Shown here: positions 28,520 through 38,484 of the stretch, in pieces | How positions within the stretch are numbered: position 1 is the stretch's first letter | Layout: each line of letters starts with the position of its first letter | From: an uncultured Clostridia bacterium | Lineage (GTDB): Bacteria; Bacillota; DTU025; MWDF01 | Reading direction: 5' to 3' | NCBI GenBank assembly: GCA_964577435.1 | Contig: CAZNZD010000003.1 | Span: 1 to 62,294 of the forward strand | DNA: 62,294 bases | Position numbers and translations under genes: made by a program | The notes under the pieces: generated by a model | The model's input: only the letters and a program-made list of their open reading frames with translations | Database searches by the model: none | What the model was told of the DNA's origin: nothing

Positions 28520-29872
28520 ATGGGAGCTCCTCGCCATTACCTTCCTGCGACGGAGCAGGAAGTCCGCGAGATGCTGGATGCGATAGGCGCAAAGAGCATC
28601 GACGACCTTTTCTCCGACATCCCGGAGGGCCTGAGGTTCACTGGAAAGCTTGACATCCCAGAATCGCTCTCAGAGCCCGAGCTGGCCGCCGAACTGGACA
28701 GGATGGCCGGCATGAACGATGCTTGCGCGGTCTGCTTCGCAGGAGGCGGCATCTACGACCACTTCGTCCCCTCTGTTGTGGACCACATGCTAAGGCGCGG
28801 CGAGTTCTACACCGCCTACACCCCATACCAGCCCGAGGTCAGCCAGGGGACGCTTACCGCGATCTTCCAGTACCAGACAATGATATGCGAGCTTACAGGC
28901 ATGGACCAGGCAAATGCGTCGATGTACGACGCCGGCACGGCCGCTGCGGAAGCCTCCATCATGTGCGCAAGCCAGTCCGGCAGGAAGAAGGTAGTCGTCA
29001 CAAGGGCCACAAACCCTCGCTACCGCGACGTCATCAAGACCTATGCGGAGCCTAGGGAATATGAGGTCGTGGAGGTACCCTTCGACCCCAAGACGGGCCA
29101 GACCGACGCCGTAGAGCTCAGAAGGGCTGCGGCCGGAGCGGCCTGCGTTATAGCCCAGAACCCGAACTACCTGGGAGTGATTGAGGACATGCACGGCCTT
29201 TCGGAGGCCGCCCACTCGGACGGGGGCTTCTTCGTCGCGGTGGTCAATCCGGTGAGCCTTGCGGTGCTTGAGGCGCCCAGGGGCTACGGCGCCGACATCG
29301 CAGTCGGCGAGGGCCAGTCGATGGGTAACGGCATGAGCTTCGGAGGGCCCCTGCTCGGCTTCATGGCGGCGACCCAGCAGCTTATCAGGCGCATGCCGGG
29401 AAGGCTCGTAGGCCAGACGCTCGACAACCGCGGACAGAGGGCATTCGTGCTCACGCTCCAGACCAGGGAGCAGCATATAAGGCGCGAGAACGCCACGAGC
29501 AACATCTGCTCCAACGAGGCGCTGTGCGCGCTGGCGGCGACCATACACCTAAGCCTCATGGGTCCCAAGGGTCTAAGGAAGGCAGCCGAGCTTTCGATGT
29601 GGAAGGCCCATTACCTCGCAAAGAGCATCTCTGAGAAGACACCCTTCAAGCTTAAGTTCGCGGGCCCCTTCTTCAACGAGTTCGCCATCGAGGGCGAAGG
29701 CTGCGCGGCAGAGCTTAGAGACCGGCTGCTGGACGAGGGCATCCTCGGCGGAATACCCCTTTCAACCGCATATCCGGAGCTTAAGCACAACGCCCTCTGG
29801 GCGGTGACCGAGCTTCGCACCAGGGAGCAGATGGATAGGCTCGTATCCCTACTGGAGGTGAGCGCAAGATGA
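28520..29872 (+). CDS. gcvPA: Glycine dehydrogenase (decarboxylating) subunit 1
   Basis: [40 protein letters not shown]. Confidence 0.96.
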   Translation: MGAPRHYLPATEQEVREMLDAIGAKSIDDLFSDIPEGLRFTGKLDIPESLSEPELAAELDRMAGMNDACAVCFAGGGIYDHFVPSVVDHMLRRGEFYTAYTPYQPEVSQGTLTAIFQYQTMICELTGMDQANASMYDAGTAAAEASIMCASQSGRKKVVVTRATNPRYRDVIKTYAEPREYEVVEVPFDPKTGQTDAVELRRAAAGAACVIAQNPNYLGVIEDMHGLSEAAHSDGGFFVAVVNPVSLAVLEAPRGYGADIAVGEGQSMGNGMSFGGPLLGFMAATQQLIRRMPGRLVGQTLDNRGQRAFVLTLQTREQHIRRENATSNICSNEALCALAATIHLSLMGPKGLRKAAELSMWKAHYLAKSISEKTPFKLKFAGPFFNEFAIEGEGCAAELRDRLLDEGILGGIPLSTAYPELKHNALWAVTELRTREQMDRLVSLLEVSAR

Positions 29873-31338
29873 AGAGGCTCATGCCATTGATATTCGAGAT
29901 GAGCAGGCCCGGAAGGATGGGCGTAAGCCTTCCCTCCTCGGACGTGCCGGAGCTCGCCGCTGAGTCCATGGTGCCTGACACCATGCTGAGGAAGCAGGCC
30001 CCGCATCTGCCGGAAGTCTCAGAAGTCGACGTGGTGAGGCACTTCGTGAACCTCTCCAACCTGAACCACGGAGTCGATACCGGCTTCTACCCTCTGGGCA
30101 GCTGTACGATGAAGTACAATCCCAAGATAAACGAGGATGCGGCAAGGCTTCCCGGGTTTGCCAGGCTCCATCCCGACATGCCGGAGCGCGGCGCGCAGGG
30201 CGCGCTTAAGGTCATACACGACCTCGACCTCTGGCTTTCAGAGATCTGCGGAATGGACAGGTTCACGCTCCAGCCCGTAGCAGGCGCCCACGGCGAGCTT
30301 ACGGGCCTGTTCATCATACGCGCCTACCACTTCAGCAGGATGGACTGCAAGAGGGACAAGATACTCGCTCCCGACTCTTCCCATGGCACCAACCCCGCAA
30401 GCGCGGCGGCGGCCGGCATGACGGTGGTGCAGGTGGCATCGGACGCAAGGGGCAACGTTGACATTGAGGACCTTAAGGCTAAGGTCGGCCCCGACACCGC
30501 GGCGCTCATGCTCACGAACCCCAACACCCTCGGGCTTTTCGACGAGAACATCTGCGAGATAACCGAGATAGTCCATAACGCGGGCGGCCTGGTCTACTAC
30601 GACGGGGCGAACGCCAACGCCATCATGGGCAAATCAAGGCCCGGCGACATGGGATTCGACGTGGTCCACCTGAACCTGCACAAGACGTTCTCGACCCCGC
30701 ACGGCGGAGGAGGGCCGGGTGCAGGCCCTGTCGGCGTGAAGAAGTTCCTGGAGCCGTTCCTTCCCAAGCCTCTTGTGGAGCTGACCGGCGGGATGTACAG
30801 GTGGGACAACGACAGGCCCGATTCCATCGGCCACGTGCACTCCTTCAACGGAAACTTCGGCGTGCTCCTCAGGACATGGACCTACATCAGGACTATGGGC
30901 CCGGACGGCCTTAAGGCTGCCTCCGAGCTTGCAGTCCTGAACGCCAACTACCTCATGCAAGAGCTTAAGGGCGACTTCCAGCTCAACTTCGACAGGACCT
31001 GCAAGCACGAGTTCGTGCTCTCCGGTGTCAAGCAGAAGAAGGAGAGCGGCGTAAGGACCCTCGATATGGCAAAGAGGCTCCTGGACTACGGCTACCATGC
31101 CCCCACCGTCTACTTCCCCCTCATAGTCGAGGAGGCGATAATGATCGAGCCCACCGAGACCGAGAGCAAGGAGACTTTGGACTCGTTCATAGGCGCGATG
31201 AGGGAAATCGCGAAGGAAGCGAAGGAGAACCCCGAGAACCTGCACTCGGCGCCCCATAACACGCCTGTTGGAAGGCTCGATGAGACGCTTGCGGCAAGGA
31301 AACCGATACTGAGGTGGACAAAAGCGGACAATGAGTAG
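29869..31338 (+). CDS. gcvPB: Glycine dehydrogenase (decarboxylating) subunit 2
   Basis: [37 protein letters not shown] (PLP Lys). Confidence 0.96.
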   Translation: MKRLMPLIFEMSRPGRMGVSLPSSDVPELAAESMVPDTMLRKQAPHLPEVSEVDVVRHFVNLSNLNHGVDTGFYPLGSCTMKYNPKINEDAARLPGFARLHPDMPERGAQGALKVIHDLDLWLSEICGMDRFTLQPVAGAHGELTGLFIIRAYHFSRMDCKRDKILAPDSSHGTNPASAAAAGMTVVQVASDARGNVDIEDLKAKVGPDTAALMLTNPNTLGLFDENICEITEIVHNAGGLVYYDGANANAIMGKSRPGDMGFDVVHLNLHKTFSTPHGGGGPGAGPVGVKKFLEPFLPKPLVELTGGMYRWDNDRPDSIGHVHSFNGNFGVLLRTWTYIRTMGPDGLKAASELAVLNANYLMQELKGDFQLNFDRTCKHEFVLSGVKQKKESGVRTLDMAKRLLDYGYHAPTVYFPLIVEEAIMIEPTETESKETLDSFIGAMREIAKEAKENPENLHSAPHNTPVGRLDETLAARKPILRWTKADNE

Positions 31339-32194
31339 GAAGGTCATCTTCGCGCGCCCCACGGCCACCGCGGCGATATCCGTCACCGGCGAGGCCTGCG
31401 GGCTTAACTGCGCCCACTGCGGCGCTAGATATCTTAAGGGGATGAGGCCGCCGGATGAAGCGCTGGCGGCCTTTTCCGACCCGTCGGCAAGAAGCGTGCT
31501 CATCTCGGGGGGAAGCGACGCCTACGGCCATGTCCCCATAGAGGGCTGGCCGGAGAGGGTCTCCCGGGAGCATCCTGGCCTTTCCATCAACTGCCATACA
31601 GGCATAATGGACGAGGAGGGAGCGCTAAGGCTCAAGGGGATCGCCGACGTGATCTCATTCGACTTCGTCAGCGACAAGAGGATAACCGATGGTATATATG
31701 GTTCTTGGTCGGCACCGGAAGACTACGTAAGAAGCTTCATCCTCGCGTCAAACGCCCTGCCCACCGTCCCCCATATCACCGTAGGCCTCCTGGGTCCCGA
31801 TTCCGAGCCGTCATTCTCAGTCGGCGCCTTGGATGAGATCAGGGCCCTGGCCGATGATGGCATGATTCCCGAACCGCCCGGGATAGTCGTGATAGTCTTC
31901 AGGCCGACGAAGGGCACGAGGATGGAAGGCATGGCGCCTCCCGGCGAGGCCGCCGTAGCCGATGTCATCAGGCATGCGAAGGCCGCCTTCCCCGCTTCTC
32001 CCGTCTCCCTGGGCTGCATGAGGCCGGCCGGGGGATACCGCTCAAGGCTCGATGTGCTTGCATTGCAGGCAGGCGCCGACATCATAGTCATGCCGGCGAA
32101 GGAGGCGGTGCTCTTCGCGCTGTCCGAAGGCTATGAAGTTATTGCGGCGGATGAGTGCTGCGTCTTCCCGGCCCTCGGAAAGGGGGTAAGTTAG
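31331..32194 (+). CDS. lipS1: Radical SAM protein, LipS1-type lipoyl synthase subunit
   Basis: CGLNCAHC (CxxxCxxC); GCMR and C-terminal CC match the GC(M/A)R and CC motifs described for LipS1; directly after gcvPB. Confidence 0.8.
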   Translation: MSRKVIFARPTATAAISVTGEACGLNCAHCGARYLKGMRPPDEALAAFSDPSARSVLISGGSDAYGHVPIEGWPERVSREHPGLSINCHTGIMDEEGALRLKGIADVISFDFVSDKRITDGIYGSWSAPEDYVRSFILASNALPTVPHITVGLLGPDSEPSFSVGALDEIRALADDGMIPEPPGIVVIVFRPTKGTRMEGMAPPGEAAVADVIRHAKAAFPASPVSLGCMRPAGGYRSRLDVLALQAGADIIVMPAKEAVLFALSEGYEVIAADECCVFPALGKGVS

Positions 32195-32195
32195 G

Positions 32196-33194
32196 ATGGA
32201 TGAGAGAAGGCAGACCCTAAGGTTCAGGCTGTCATCCGGCACCATGGCCGCCCTTGGGCTTAAGGAAATCAAGGCCGACGCCCTTCCGACCACCGCCTAT
32301 ATCATGCTGGGTGAGAAGTGCGTAAGAGACTGCGCGTTCTGCGCCCAGGCAAGAAACAGCGGAGCGGGCGCGGGAAGGTTATCCAGGGTCACCTGGCCGG
32401 AGGCCGAGGAGAAGGATCTTATGGATGCCCTTGGCGTGGCCACCAGGAATGGCATCATACTGCGCGTCTGCATCCAGACCGTCGGAGGAAGCTCATCTTT
32501 GAAGGCAGTCGTGGATGCGGTGGGCAGGCTGAAGGCAGCCTGCGTGGAAGGAACTCCGATATCCGTGTCCTTCAGCGCGACGTCGGGCTTGGGAGACATC
32601 GGAAGCATAATCGATGCAGGCGCCGACAAGGTTGCCCTCTCGATAGACGCCTGCAATCCTGAGTTGCACCTGTTGCTCAAGAAATCATCGATGGACTTAT
32701 CGATGAGGCTCATCTCCGAAGCCTCCGCGAAGTACCCCGGGAGGATCTCGACCCACCTGATCTCAGGCATGGGTGAAAGCGAGAGGGACCTCCTGCTTCT
32801 TGCCACGGAGATGAAGGAGATGGGAGTGGGCCTCGGCCTGTTCGCATTCACCCCCCTTCGGGGCACGGAGATGGAAGGCCATCCTAAGCCCGACATCCGC
32901 TCCTACAGGAGGGTGCAGCTCGCCTTCTGGCTAATCAAGCACCATGGACTCAAGGCAGGCGGCATGCGCTTCGGGGAGGACGGCAGGCTTGCGGCTATAT
33001 CTCTGAAGGGGCTCGACATAAGCTCGCTGCCGGAAGACGGCTCCCCGTTTCTTACCTCCGGCTGCGGCTTCTGCAACAGGCCCTATTACAACGAGAGCCC
33101 GGGCACGGAGCTCTACAACTACCCGAAGGCGCTGACAGGCGAAGAGGCCTCGAAGGCCCTTTCCATGGCCCTTGACGGCATCAAGCTGGACTGA
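32196..33194 (+). CDS. lipS2: Radical SAM protein, LipS2-type lipoyl synthase subunit
   Basis: CVRDCAFC; TSGCGFCNRP closely matches the LipS2 motif TxGCPxC(N/D)RP. Confidence 0.8.
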   Translation: MDERRQTLRFRLSSGTMAALGLKEIKADALPTTAYIMLGEKCVRDCAFCAQARNSGAGAGRLSRVTWPEAEEKDLMDALGVATRNGIILRVCIQTVGGSSSLKAVVDAVGRLKAACVEGTPISVSFSATSGLGDIGSIIDAGADKVALSIDACNPELHLLLKKSSMDLSMRLISEASAKYPGRISTHLISGMGESERDLLLLATEMKEMGVGLGLFAFTPLRGTEMEGHPKPDIRSYRRVQLAFWLIKHHGLKAGGMRFGEDGRLAAISLKGLDISSLPEDGSPFLTSGCGFCNRPYYNESPGTELYNYPKALTGEEASKALSMALDGIKLD

Positions 33195-33208
33195 CTGGAG
33201 GAGTTCGA

Positions 33209-34003
33209 TTGGCACAGTGGAGGCTTATCATATCGCCGGCATCGGACGGCGCCTGGAACATGGCGGTCGATGAGGCGGTGCTTGAATCCGTAATAGCCGG
33301 CTCATCACCCCCTACCCTCAGGTTCTATACCTGGGATCCGCCCTGCCTGTCCTTGGGCTACAACCAGAGGGCGGCAGAATCATGCGACATGGAGGCAGTG
33401 CGCTTAAGGGGTTACACGATGGTCAGAAGGAGGACCGGAGGGCGCGCGGTGCTCCACGACGACGAGCTTACCTACAGCGTCATCGCCGACTCCCTTCTAT
33501 TCGGGGGAGGGGCGGTCCTCGACGTCTACATGATGATCAGCAGCGCGCTGGCAGACGGGCTGAAGTCCTTCGGAATCGCGGCTGACCTGGTGCCGGCTTA
33601 CAGCGACAGGGGCAAGGAGAAGACGGCGGCCTGCTTCGACGTGCCGTCCAGCTTCGAGGTCGCCTGGAAGGGCAGGAAGATAATCGGAAGCGCGCAGTTC
33701 AGGTCGGGAAGGCACTTCCTGCAGCACGGCTCCATTCTCATGTCGGCTGACATCGATGCCCTGCTTAAGGTATGCGCGCTGCCTGATTCCATGAAAGCCA
33801 GGCTAATTGGCGGGATTGCCACGGTGGACGAGGCCCTGGCTAGGAAAACCGGGGCTTATGAGCTGGCAGGGCCCATCTCTGAGGAGTTCGGCAGGCTGGT
33901 GGGTTCGACCCTTGAGGAGTCGGGACTTAGCGAAACCGAGTTAAGACGGGCATCGGAGCTGCTGGCGAAATACAGGTCCGATGAGTGGAATCTCCTTAAA
34001 TAG
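33209..34003 (+). CDS. Lipoate/octanoate-protein ligase catalytic domain (LipM/LplA-like, no accessory domain)
   Basis: NMAVDEA, PPTLRFYTW, SLGYNQ, RRRTGGRAVLHD, KIIGSAQ, QHGS. Confidence 0.88.
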   Translation: MAQWRLIISPASDGAWNMAVDEAVLESVIAGSSPPTLRFYTWDPPCLSLGYNQRAAESCDMEAVRLRGYTMVRRRTGGRAVLHDDELTYSVIADSLLFGGGAVLDVYMMISSALADGLKSFGIAADLVPAYSDRGKEKTAACFDVPSSFEVAWKGRKIIGSAQFRSGRHFLQHGSILMSADIDALLKVCALPDSMKARLIGGIATVDEALARKTGAYELAGPISEEFGRLVGSTLEESGLSETELRRASELLAKYRSDEWNLLK

Positions 34004-34018
34004 ACGGGAGGCGGCAAG

Positions 34019-34924
34019 ATGCTTCGGGTGCCCAAGGAGAGATCGGTAGGCGCGTTCACCCCGGCCATGAGCCCTGTGGCCTTCTCAAAGCAGGGTGAGC
34101 TGATTCTTTTCGAGACCAACGACTGCTGGCACGGGCAGATAAGCTCCGAGGCAGAGGACATCGGCAAGCTGGATTTCTCCTGCCTGAACCCCGCCACGGG
34201 GCCCGTCTCAATTGACGGGGCCAAGCCCGGCGACGTGCTTTTAGTCTCAGTGCTGTCAATCAAGGTAGCCTCCCGCGGCGTCATTAACGTCATCCCCGGC
34301 GCGGGGCTTCTCGGCGGAAAAGTAAAGAAATCTGTTACCAGAATCATCCCAGTCTCCTCCGGGATGGCAAGCTTCGAGGGAAGGCTGCTGCCCGTCTCGC
34401 CGATGATAGGCGTAATCGGGGTCGCGACGTCTTCCGATCAGGGCTCAGTATCCACAGGCGTTCCCGGTAGGCACGGCGGGAACATGGATACCAAGGACAT
34501 CTCCGAGGGTTCCACCCTGTACCTTCCCGTAAGCCAGGAGGGGGCGATGCTCGCCATGGGCGACGTCCATGCCCTTATGGCTGACGGAGAGGCCTGCGTA
34601 ACCGGCCTTGAGATAGCCGCTGAAGTGCTCGTGCGGGTAGGAGTGATAAAGGACAGGATCATCAGCTGGCCTGCGATCAGGCGCGGAAGCGAACTGATGG
34701 TTGTGGCAACAGGGGCGACTTTGGAGGATGCGGCGCGGTCGGCGACAGATTCCGCTGTCAGATACATCTCAAAGGCATGCGGCATAGGATGGGAAGAGGC
34801 CTATATGATGGCAAGCCTTCTCGTCGACCTTAGGATAAGCCAGTGCGTGGACCCCCAGATGACCGTGAGGGCTGTCATACCTCTGGATAAGCTGGGCATC
34901 TCCGGGGAGCTGATGGATTTCTGA
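34019..34924 (+). CDS. Acetamidase/formamidase family protein
   Basis: NPATGPV, AKPGDVL, PMIGVIGV, HGGNMD, GDVHALMADGE. Confidence 0.9.
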   Translation: MLRVPKERSVGAFTPAMSPVAFSKQGELILFETNDCWHGQISSEAEDIGKLDFSCLNPATGPVSIDGAKPGDVLLVSVLSIKVASRGVINVIPGAGLLGGKVKKSVTRIIPVSSGMASFEGRLLPVSPMIGVIGVATSSDQGSVSTGVPGRHGGNMDTKDISEGSTLYLPVSQEGAMLAMGDVHALMADGEACVTGLEIAAEVLVRVGVIKDRIISWPAIRRGSELMVVATGATLEDAARSATDSAVRYISKACGIGWEEAYMMASLLVDLRISQCVDPQMTVRAVIPLDKLGISGELMDF

Positions 34925-34957
34925 GTGACCTGTTTCCGGATAGGGGGGTGTGACCTC

Positions 34958-35866
34958 TTGAAAGCAGTCGAGCTTGATGCAGCCCGCCTTGGGGATTTCA
35001 AGGCGTTTTGCGTCGCAAGCCGGGATAAGGTGGACGGTTCGTATCTCACCGACGAGGACCTTCAGGGTTTCATCGCCGGTGAGGCTGACCCGACATTTGT
35101 TCTTCTGGGATGTGACGGGTCCATCTCTGGCGCCGGCTCCCTCATGCTCACACGAAAGGCGCTTGCCGCAAGTAAGGCGCGTCTCAGGATCCTTTGGTGC
35201 CCCAAAGGGGCCGAAGAGGACTACTCCTGCCTTCTCGCCGCACTGTTCAGGAACTCCGCCGGCATCGATTCGGCCTACCTTTTCGCGCTTCTTGAGGACG
35301 CGCACCTGAGCGGCATACTAGACGCTTTGGGCTTCAATGTCGAAAGGAACGTCTATTCCCTGATGAGAGACGCTGCTCTTCCGCTAGGCAAGGTTTTTCT
35401 TCCCCCGGGCTTCGCGATAAGGTCCTTTGCATTGGGTGCAGATGAGGATGAATGGTGCAGAATCAGAAACGCCGCGTTCGCAGCTGTGAAGGGCAATGAG
35501 GCGCCGCAGTCTCCTGCCGACATCCTGCAGATGGCCTCCTCGGCCGACAGAATCGACGGAGCCATGCTGGTGCTCGAGGAATCCGGCCGGGCTGTCGCCG
35601 TGGCCAGGGGTTCAAGAGACGAGCTTGAAGGCAATCCTGTGATGAACATCGGGCCGATTGCGGTAATGCCTGAAAGGCAGGGCATGGGGCTCGGCAGGGC
35701 GCTTCTCAGAAGCCTGGTTTCGCTGGCCTCGCAGAAGGGTTTCAGCGTGACGACGCTCAGCGTTAACGCGGATAACGAGACCGCGCTCAGGCTCTATATA
35801 AGCGAGGGCTTCACGAAGCTGCGCTGCTTTGCCTGCAGGTCCGTGAAGCGCCCATTGCCCCTATAG
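34958..35866 (+). CDS. Tandem GNAT acetyltransferase (MshD-like architecture)
   Basis: VMPERQGMGLGRALL, NADNETALRLYISEGF; degenerate N-terminal GNAT domain; start approximate (TTG). Confidence 0.78.
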   Translation: MKAVELDAARLGDFKAFCVASRDKVDGSYLTDEDLQGFIAGEADPTFVLLGCDGSISGAGSLMLTRKALAASKARLRILWCPKGAEEDYSCLLAALFRNSAGIDSAYLFALLEDAHLSGILDALGFNVERNVYSLMRDAALPLGKVFLPPGFAIRSFALGADEDEWCRIRNAAFAAVKGNEAPQSPADILQMASSADRIDGAMLVLEESGRAVAVARGSRDELEGNPVMNIGPIAVMPERQGMGLGRALLRSLVSLASQKGFSVTTLSVNADNETALRLYISEGFTKLRCFACRSVKRPLPL

Positions 35867-36952
35867 CTTGATCTTCGCCACGAATCCACTGCCGACCACT
35901 ATGACCGCGTCGTCATCAGGAATCAGGATGCTGCCTTGACCTATCCTGTCGTCTCGGACCTCCGAGATAACCTCCAGGTCCCATGAGAGCAGCGCGACTG
36001 CTCCCTGCCCTGCGATCGCCATCCCTTTTACCCCAATGGATGCAGGCCTGGCGATGATATCAAATGGCAGGGGGGCGCCCGCTTTGACCGTCCCGTCAGA
36101 GAGCATGACCGGAAACGCCGTCCTCATGTCATCAGCCACCGCAAGCACGCTGTCCTTGTCCTTCTTCACGATGTACGAAGGGATTGCTGTTGATACCTGC
36201 CAGCTCACCGTAGTGCCGCTTACGCCGTTCCATCTGCAGACCCTCCGGTAGTCGGCAGACACCACGATCGCATCCCTTGCCACTACCACGGCCTCATAGA
36301 GGTTGAAGGGCCACAGGTAGTTGCAGTCGAACGATGTGTCCCCGTATTTGACGCTCACCACCGTAAGGTAGTCAAGCGCATCCATGTCGCTGTAAATGCC
36401 GAAGACCTGCCCGAGGAAGAGTATGTCGTCTCCGCCTAGGTATTCCATGGACCTTACAGGCCCAAGAATAATCGGTATTCAGGTGTCGCAACCGGTGGCC
36501 GGGTCATACAGCCATACGAATTTGCCATCCTCGTCAAGCAGGAAGCCTCCAAGCTCGGTTCCCACAAGGATCCTTCCGTCGGGAAGCGGCTCCAGGCAGG
36601 TTACCTGCTCATCGCAGCGATACGTCCATGAGACCTTCCCTGACGGCAGCACCCTTGCGACGGCTTTATCGAAGGCCGACCAGCATCCTCCCTTTGAGTC
36701 CGCCTCCAGGAACTTCACTTCCTCGCCCAGCTTGATACTCCATTGCTGAAGGCCGGCGCCGGTGAGCCTCAATAGCTGCCCACCGTCTGCTATAAGGACG
36801 GAACCGTCGCCGCTTACGGCTGCCAGCGGAGCCGCAAGCCCATCCTTGACCCATTCGTAGCTGAGCCCTTTGTCGGCGGCAAGGGCTAAATGCGGCATGA
36901 ATGCATAAATCAGGATAACGAGTATGGCCAGCCTAACACTAAGATGCTTCAA
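35861..36952 (-). CDS. Secreted beta-propeller (PQQ/WD-like) protein, 363 aa, with an in-frame TGA at 36481-36479 interpreted as selenocysteine (CDTU)
   Basis: ORFs 36479..36952 and 35861..36448 share a frame: ...ATGCDT-TGA-IPIILGPVRS-MEYLGG... Signal peptide ending ALA-A; blade motifs QWSIKLG, SWTYRCD, VWLYDP; SECIS-like hairpin right after the TGA. Confidence 0.75.
36441..36470 (-). promoter_or_regulatory. Candidate bacterial SECIS element
   Basis: mRNA: UGA AUACCGAU UAUUC U U GGGCCU GUA AGGUCC A UG GAAUA. Upper stem UGGGCCU/AGGUCCA, loop GUA with G 22 nt after the UGA, lower stem UAUUC/GAAUA. Confidence 0.65.
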
Positions 36953-36983
36953 TTAGATCACCGCTTTCCAAGTTGTCCTTCCT

Positions 36984-37631
36984 TTAAGGCAGGGGAACCA
37001 TCTCTCCCTCGTAATCCACCTTGATCTTCGTGTAGTAGATCTCCACATCGGAAGTGTCTGGCGTGACGAACGCCACGAAGCACGCCTCAGGGGCGAAGTA
37101 GAGCGCATCGAAGCTTGCAAGAAGCGCCCCGTTCATGGTTATCCGATAGTGGTCCCCGCTCCTGGCGACCTTGAATACATTTTCCCCGGCCTTCAGGCCC
37201 GGAATCGGATCCAGAACGTCCACATCCCTGTAGCCCAGGCCTTCCCCGTCCTCGTGGATGAGCACCTCCTCATTATCCTCGTCGCCCGCTTCCGAGAAGA
37301 CGCATTCGATGTAGTGCTCCGGGTAATCGCTCTCATCTCCCGCGATCCATATCCTGAAATCCGCGTTGTTGATCTCGCTGATCTCCATAGTCATCCAGAT
37401 CGTAAGAGTGAAGTCCGAAGGGAAGCCGACCGGTGTCATCACGTAATCATAGGGCACAGTAAGGCCAGTGCCTTCAGGCTCGTTCAGAGCCCAAGATGAG
37501 AAGCCGCCCCAGTCTGCCAGGTCCTCAGACTCCGCCTCCGTGAAATCGACCACCCAGGTCGCCCTGCAGCCGGCAAGCGTAACCAGGACCGCCAGTACGA
37601 AAATCGTCGCTATCAAGCGCATGCCCTTCAT
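36984..37631 (-). CDS. Hypothetical acidic lipoprotein, ConA/DUF1080-like
   Basis: Lipobox TLAG-C; Asp/Glu-rich, beta-rich; resembles 6147..6956. Confidence 0.65.
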   Translation of the reverse strand: MKGMRLIATIFVLAVLVTLAGCRATWVVDFTEAESEDLADWGGFSSWALNEPEGTGLTVPYDYVMTPVGFPSDFTLTIWMTMEISEINNADFRIWIAGDESDYPEHYIECVFSEAGDEDNEEVLIHEDGEGLGYRDVDVLDPIPGLKAGENVFKVARSGDHYRITMNGALLASFDALYFAPEACFVAFVTPDTSDVEIYYTKIKVDYEGEMVPLP

Positions 37632-37755
37632 TCGGTCACCCCTCCTTTGCAAAATCAGGAATGAACCCTAATTCAATAATCCCGACCGGAATCCTCCGTC
37701 TTCCTATGCTTGGCCTCCGGAAAGAAACAGGCGGCGCTTGCCGCACCGCCTGTAA

Positions 37756-38484
37756 TCAGCTTATGAACATGACGTCGCATATCTCAAGGAAGCCCAGCTT
37801 CCGGACAAGCGGCAGCGACATCGAGTTGCCCTTAGATATATGGACTATCGGGACCTCGCCTTTCTGCCTCATCTTCCTGATGAGCGCAAGGGTCATGTCG
37901 TAGGCGATGCCCTGCCTTCTGTACTCAGGCAGGACCGTCAGCATGCCCATGGCCATGTCGTCGTGGGTCATCGCCCACCCCGCCAGGGCGCCATCCCTGA
38001 AAACCCCAACAGCAGGGCCCTCGGAGAGCCTCTCCCTGATATAGTCCCTGTTCACCAGCTCTGCCCTGGCGTAGTTGGTGTAGACCGTCTCGGTGTGCTC
38101 GTCCCCGATGTCAACGACCTCGCCTGACGGCTCGCCCACCGTGACCGCCTCCGGCAGGTAGAGCATCGCCGCGTGAAGGACGTTTGCAGGCAACCTGTCC
38201 CCCAGGGCGGCATCTATGCTCCAGTCGAAGGCAGGCTCTATCGCAAGGTCGGTGATGCCCTCGAAGACCTTGCAGACCTTCCGCGCCTCATCCTCATCCC
38301 TTGAGTACAGCGCCCCGAACCTCTCGTCTCCGAAACCGAAGACGGCGGCGCAGGATCCCCCGCACACCGCCGACCTCTTAACCTCATATTTCCCCAGGTA
38401 CTTGATGAACCCGTAGTTTACTATGGGCTCCTTCCTGAGAAGCTCCAGGAGCATATCCCGGGCTTTTCCGCCTACTTCCTGCAT
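37756..38484 (-). CDS. GNAT acetyltransferase (FR47-like)
   Basis: [28 protein letters not shown]; start may be 38454. Confidence 0.8.
   Translation of the reverse strand: MQEVGGKARDMLLELLRKEPIVNYGFIKYLGKYEVKRSAVCGGSCAAVFGFGDERFGALYSRDEDEARKVCKVFEGITDLAIEPAFDWSIDAALGDRLPANVLHAAMLYLPEAVTVGEPSGEVVDIGDEHTETVYTNYARAELVNRDYIRERLSEGPAVGVFRDGALAGWAMTHDDMAMGMLTVLPEYRRQGIAYDMTLALIRKMRQKGEVPIVHISKGNSMSLPLVRKLGFLEICDVMFIS

Noticed and set aside
35861-36952. Treating the two ORFs as a pseudogene or as two separate genes
   Set aside because: Not excluded, but disfavoured. There is a single in-frame TGA (not TAA/TAG) in a CxxU context, a correctly spaced hairpin, no other lesions, and no well-spaced SD for the second ORF.
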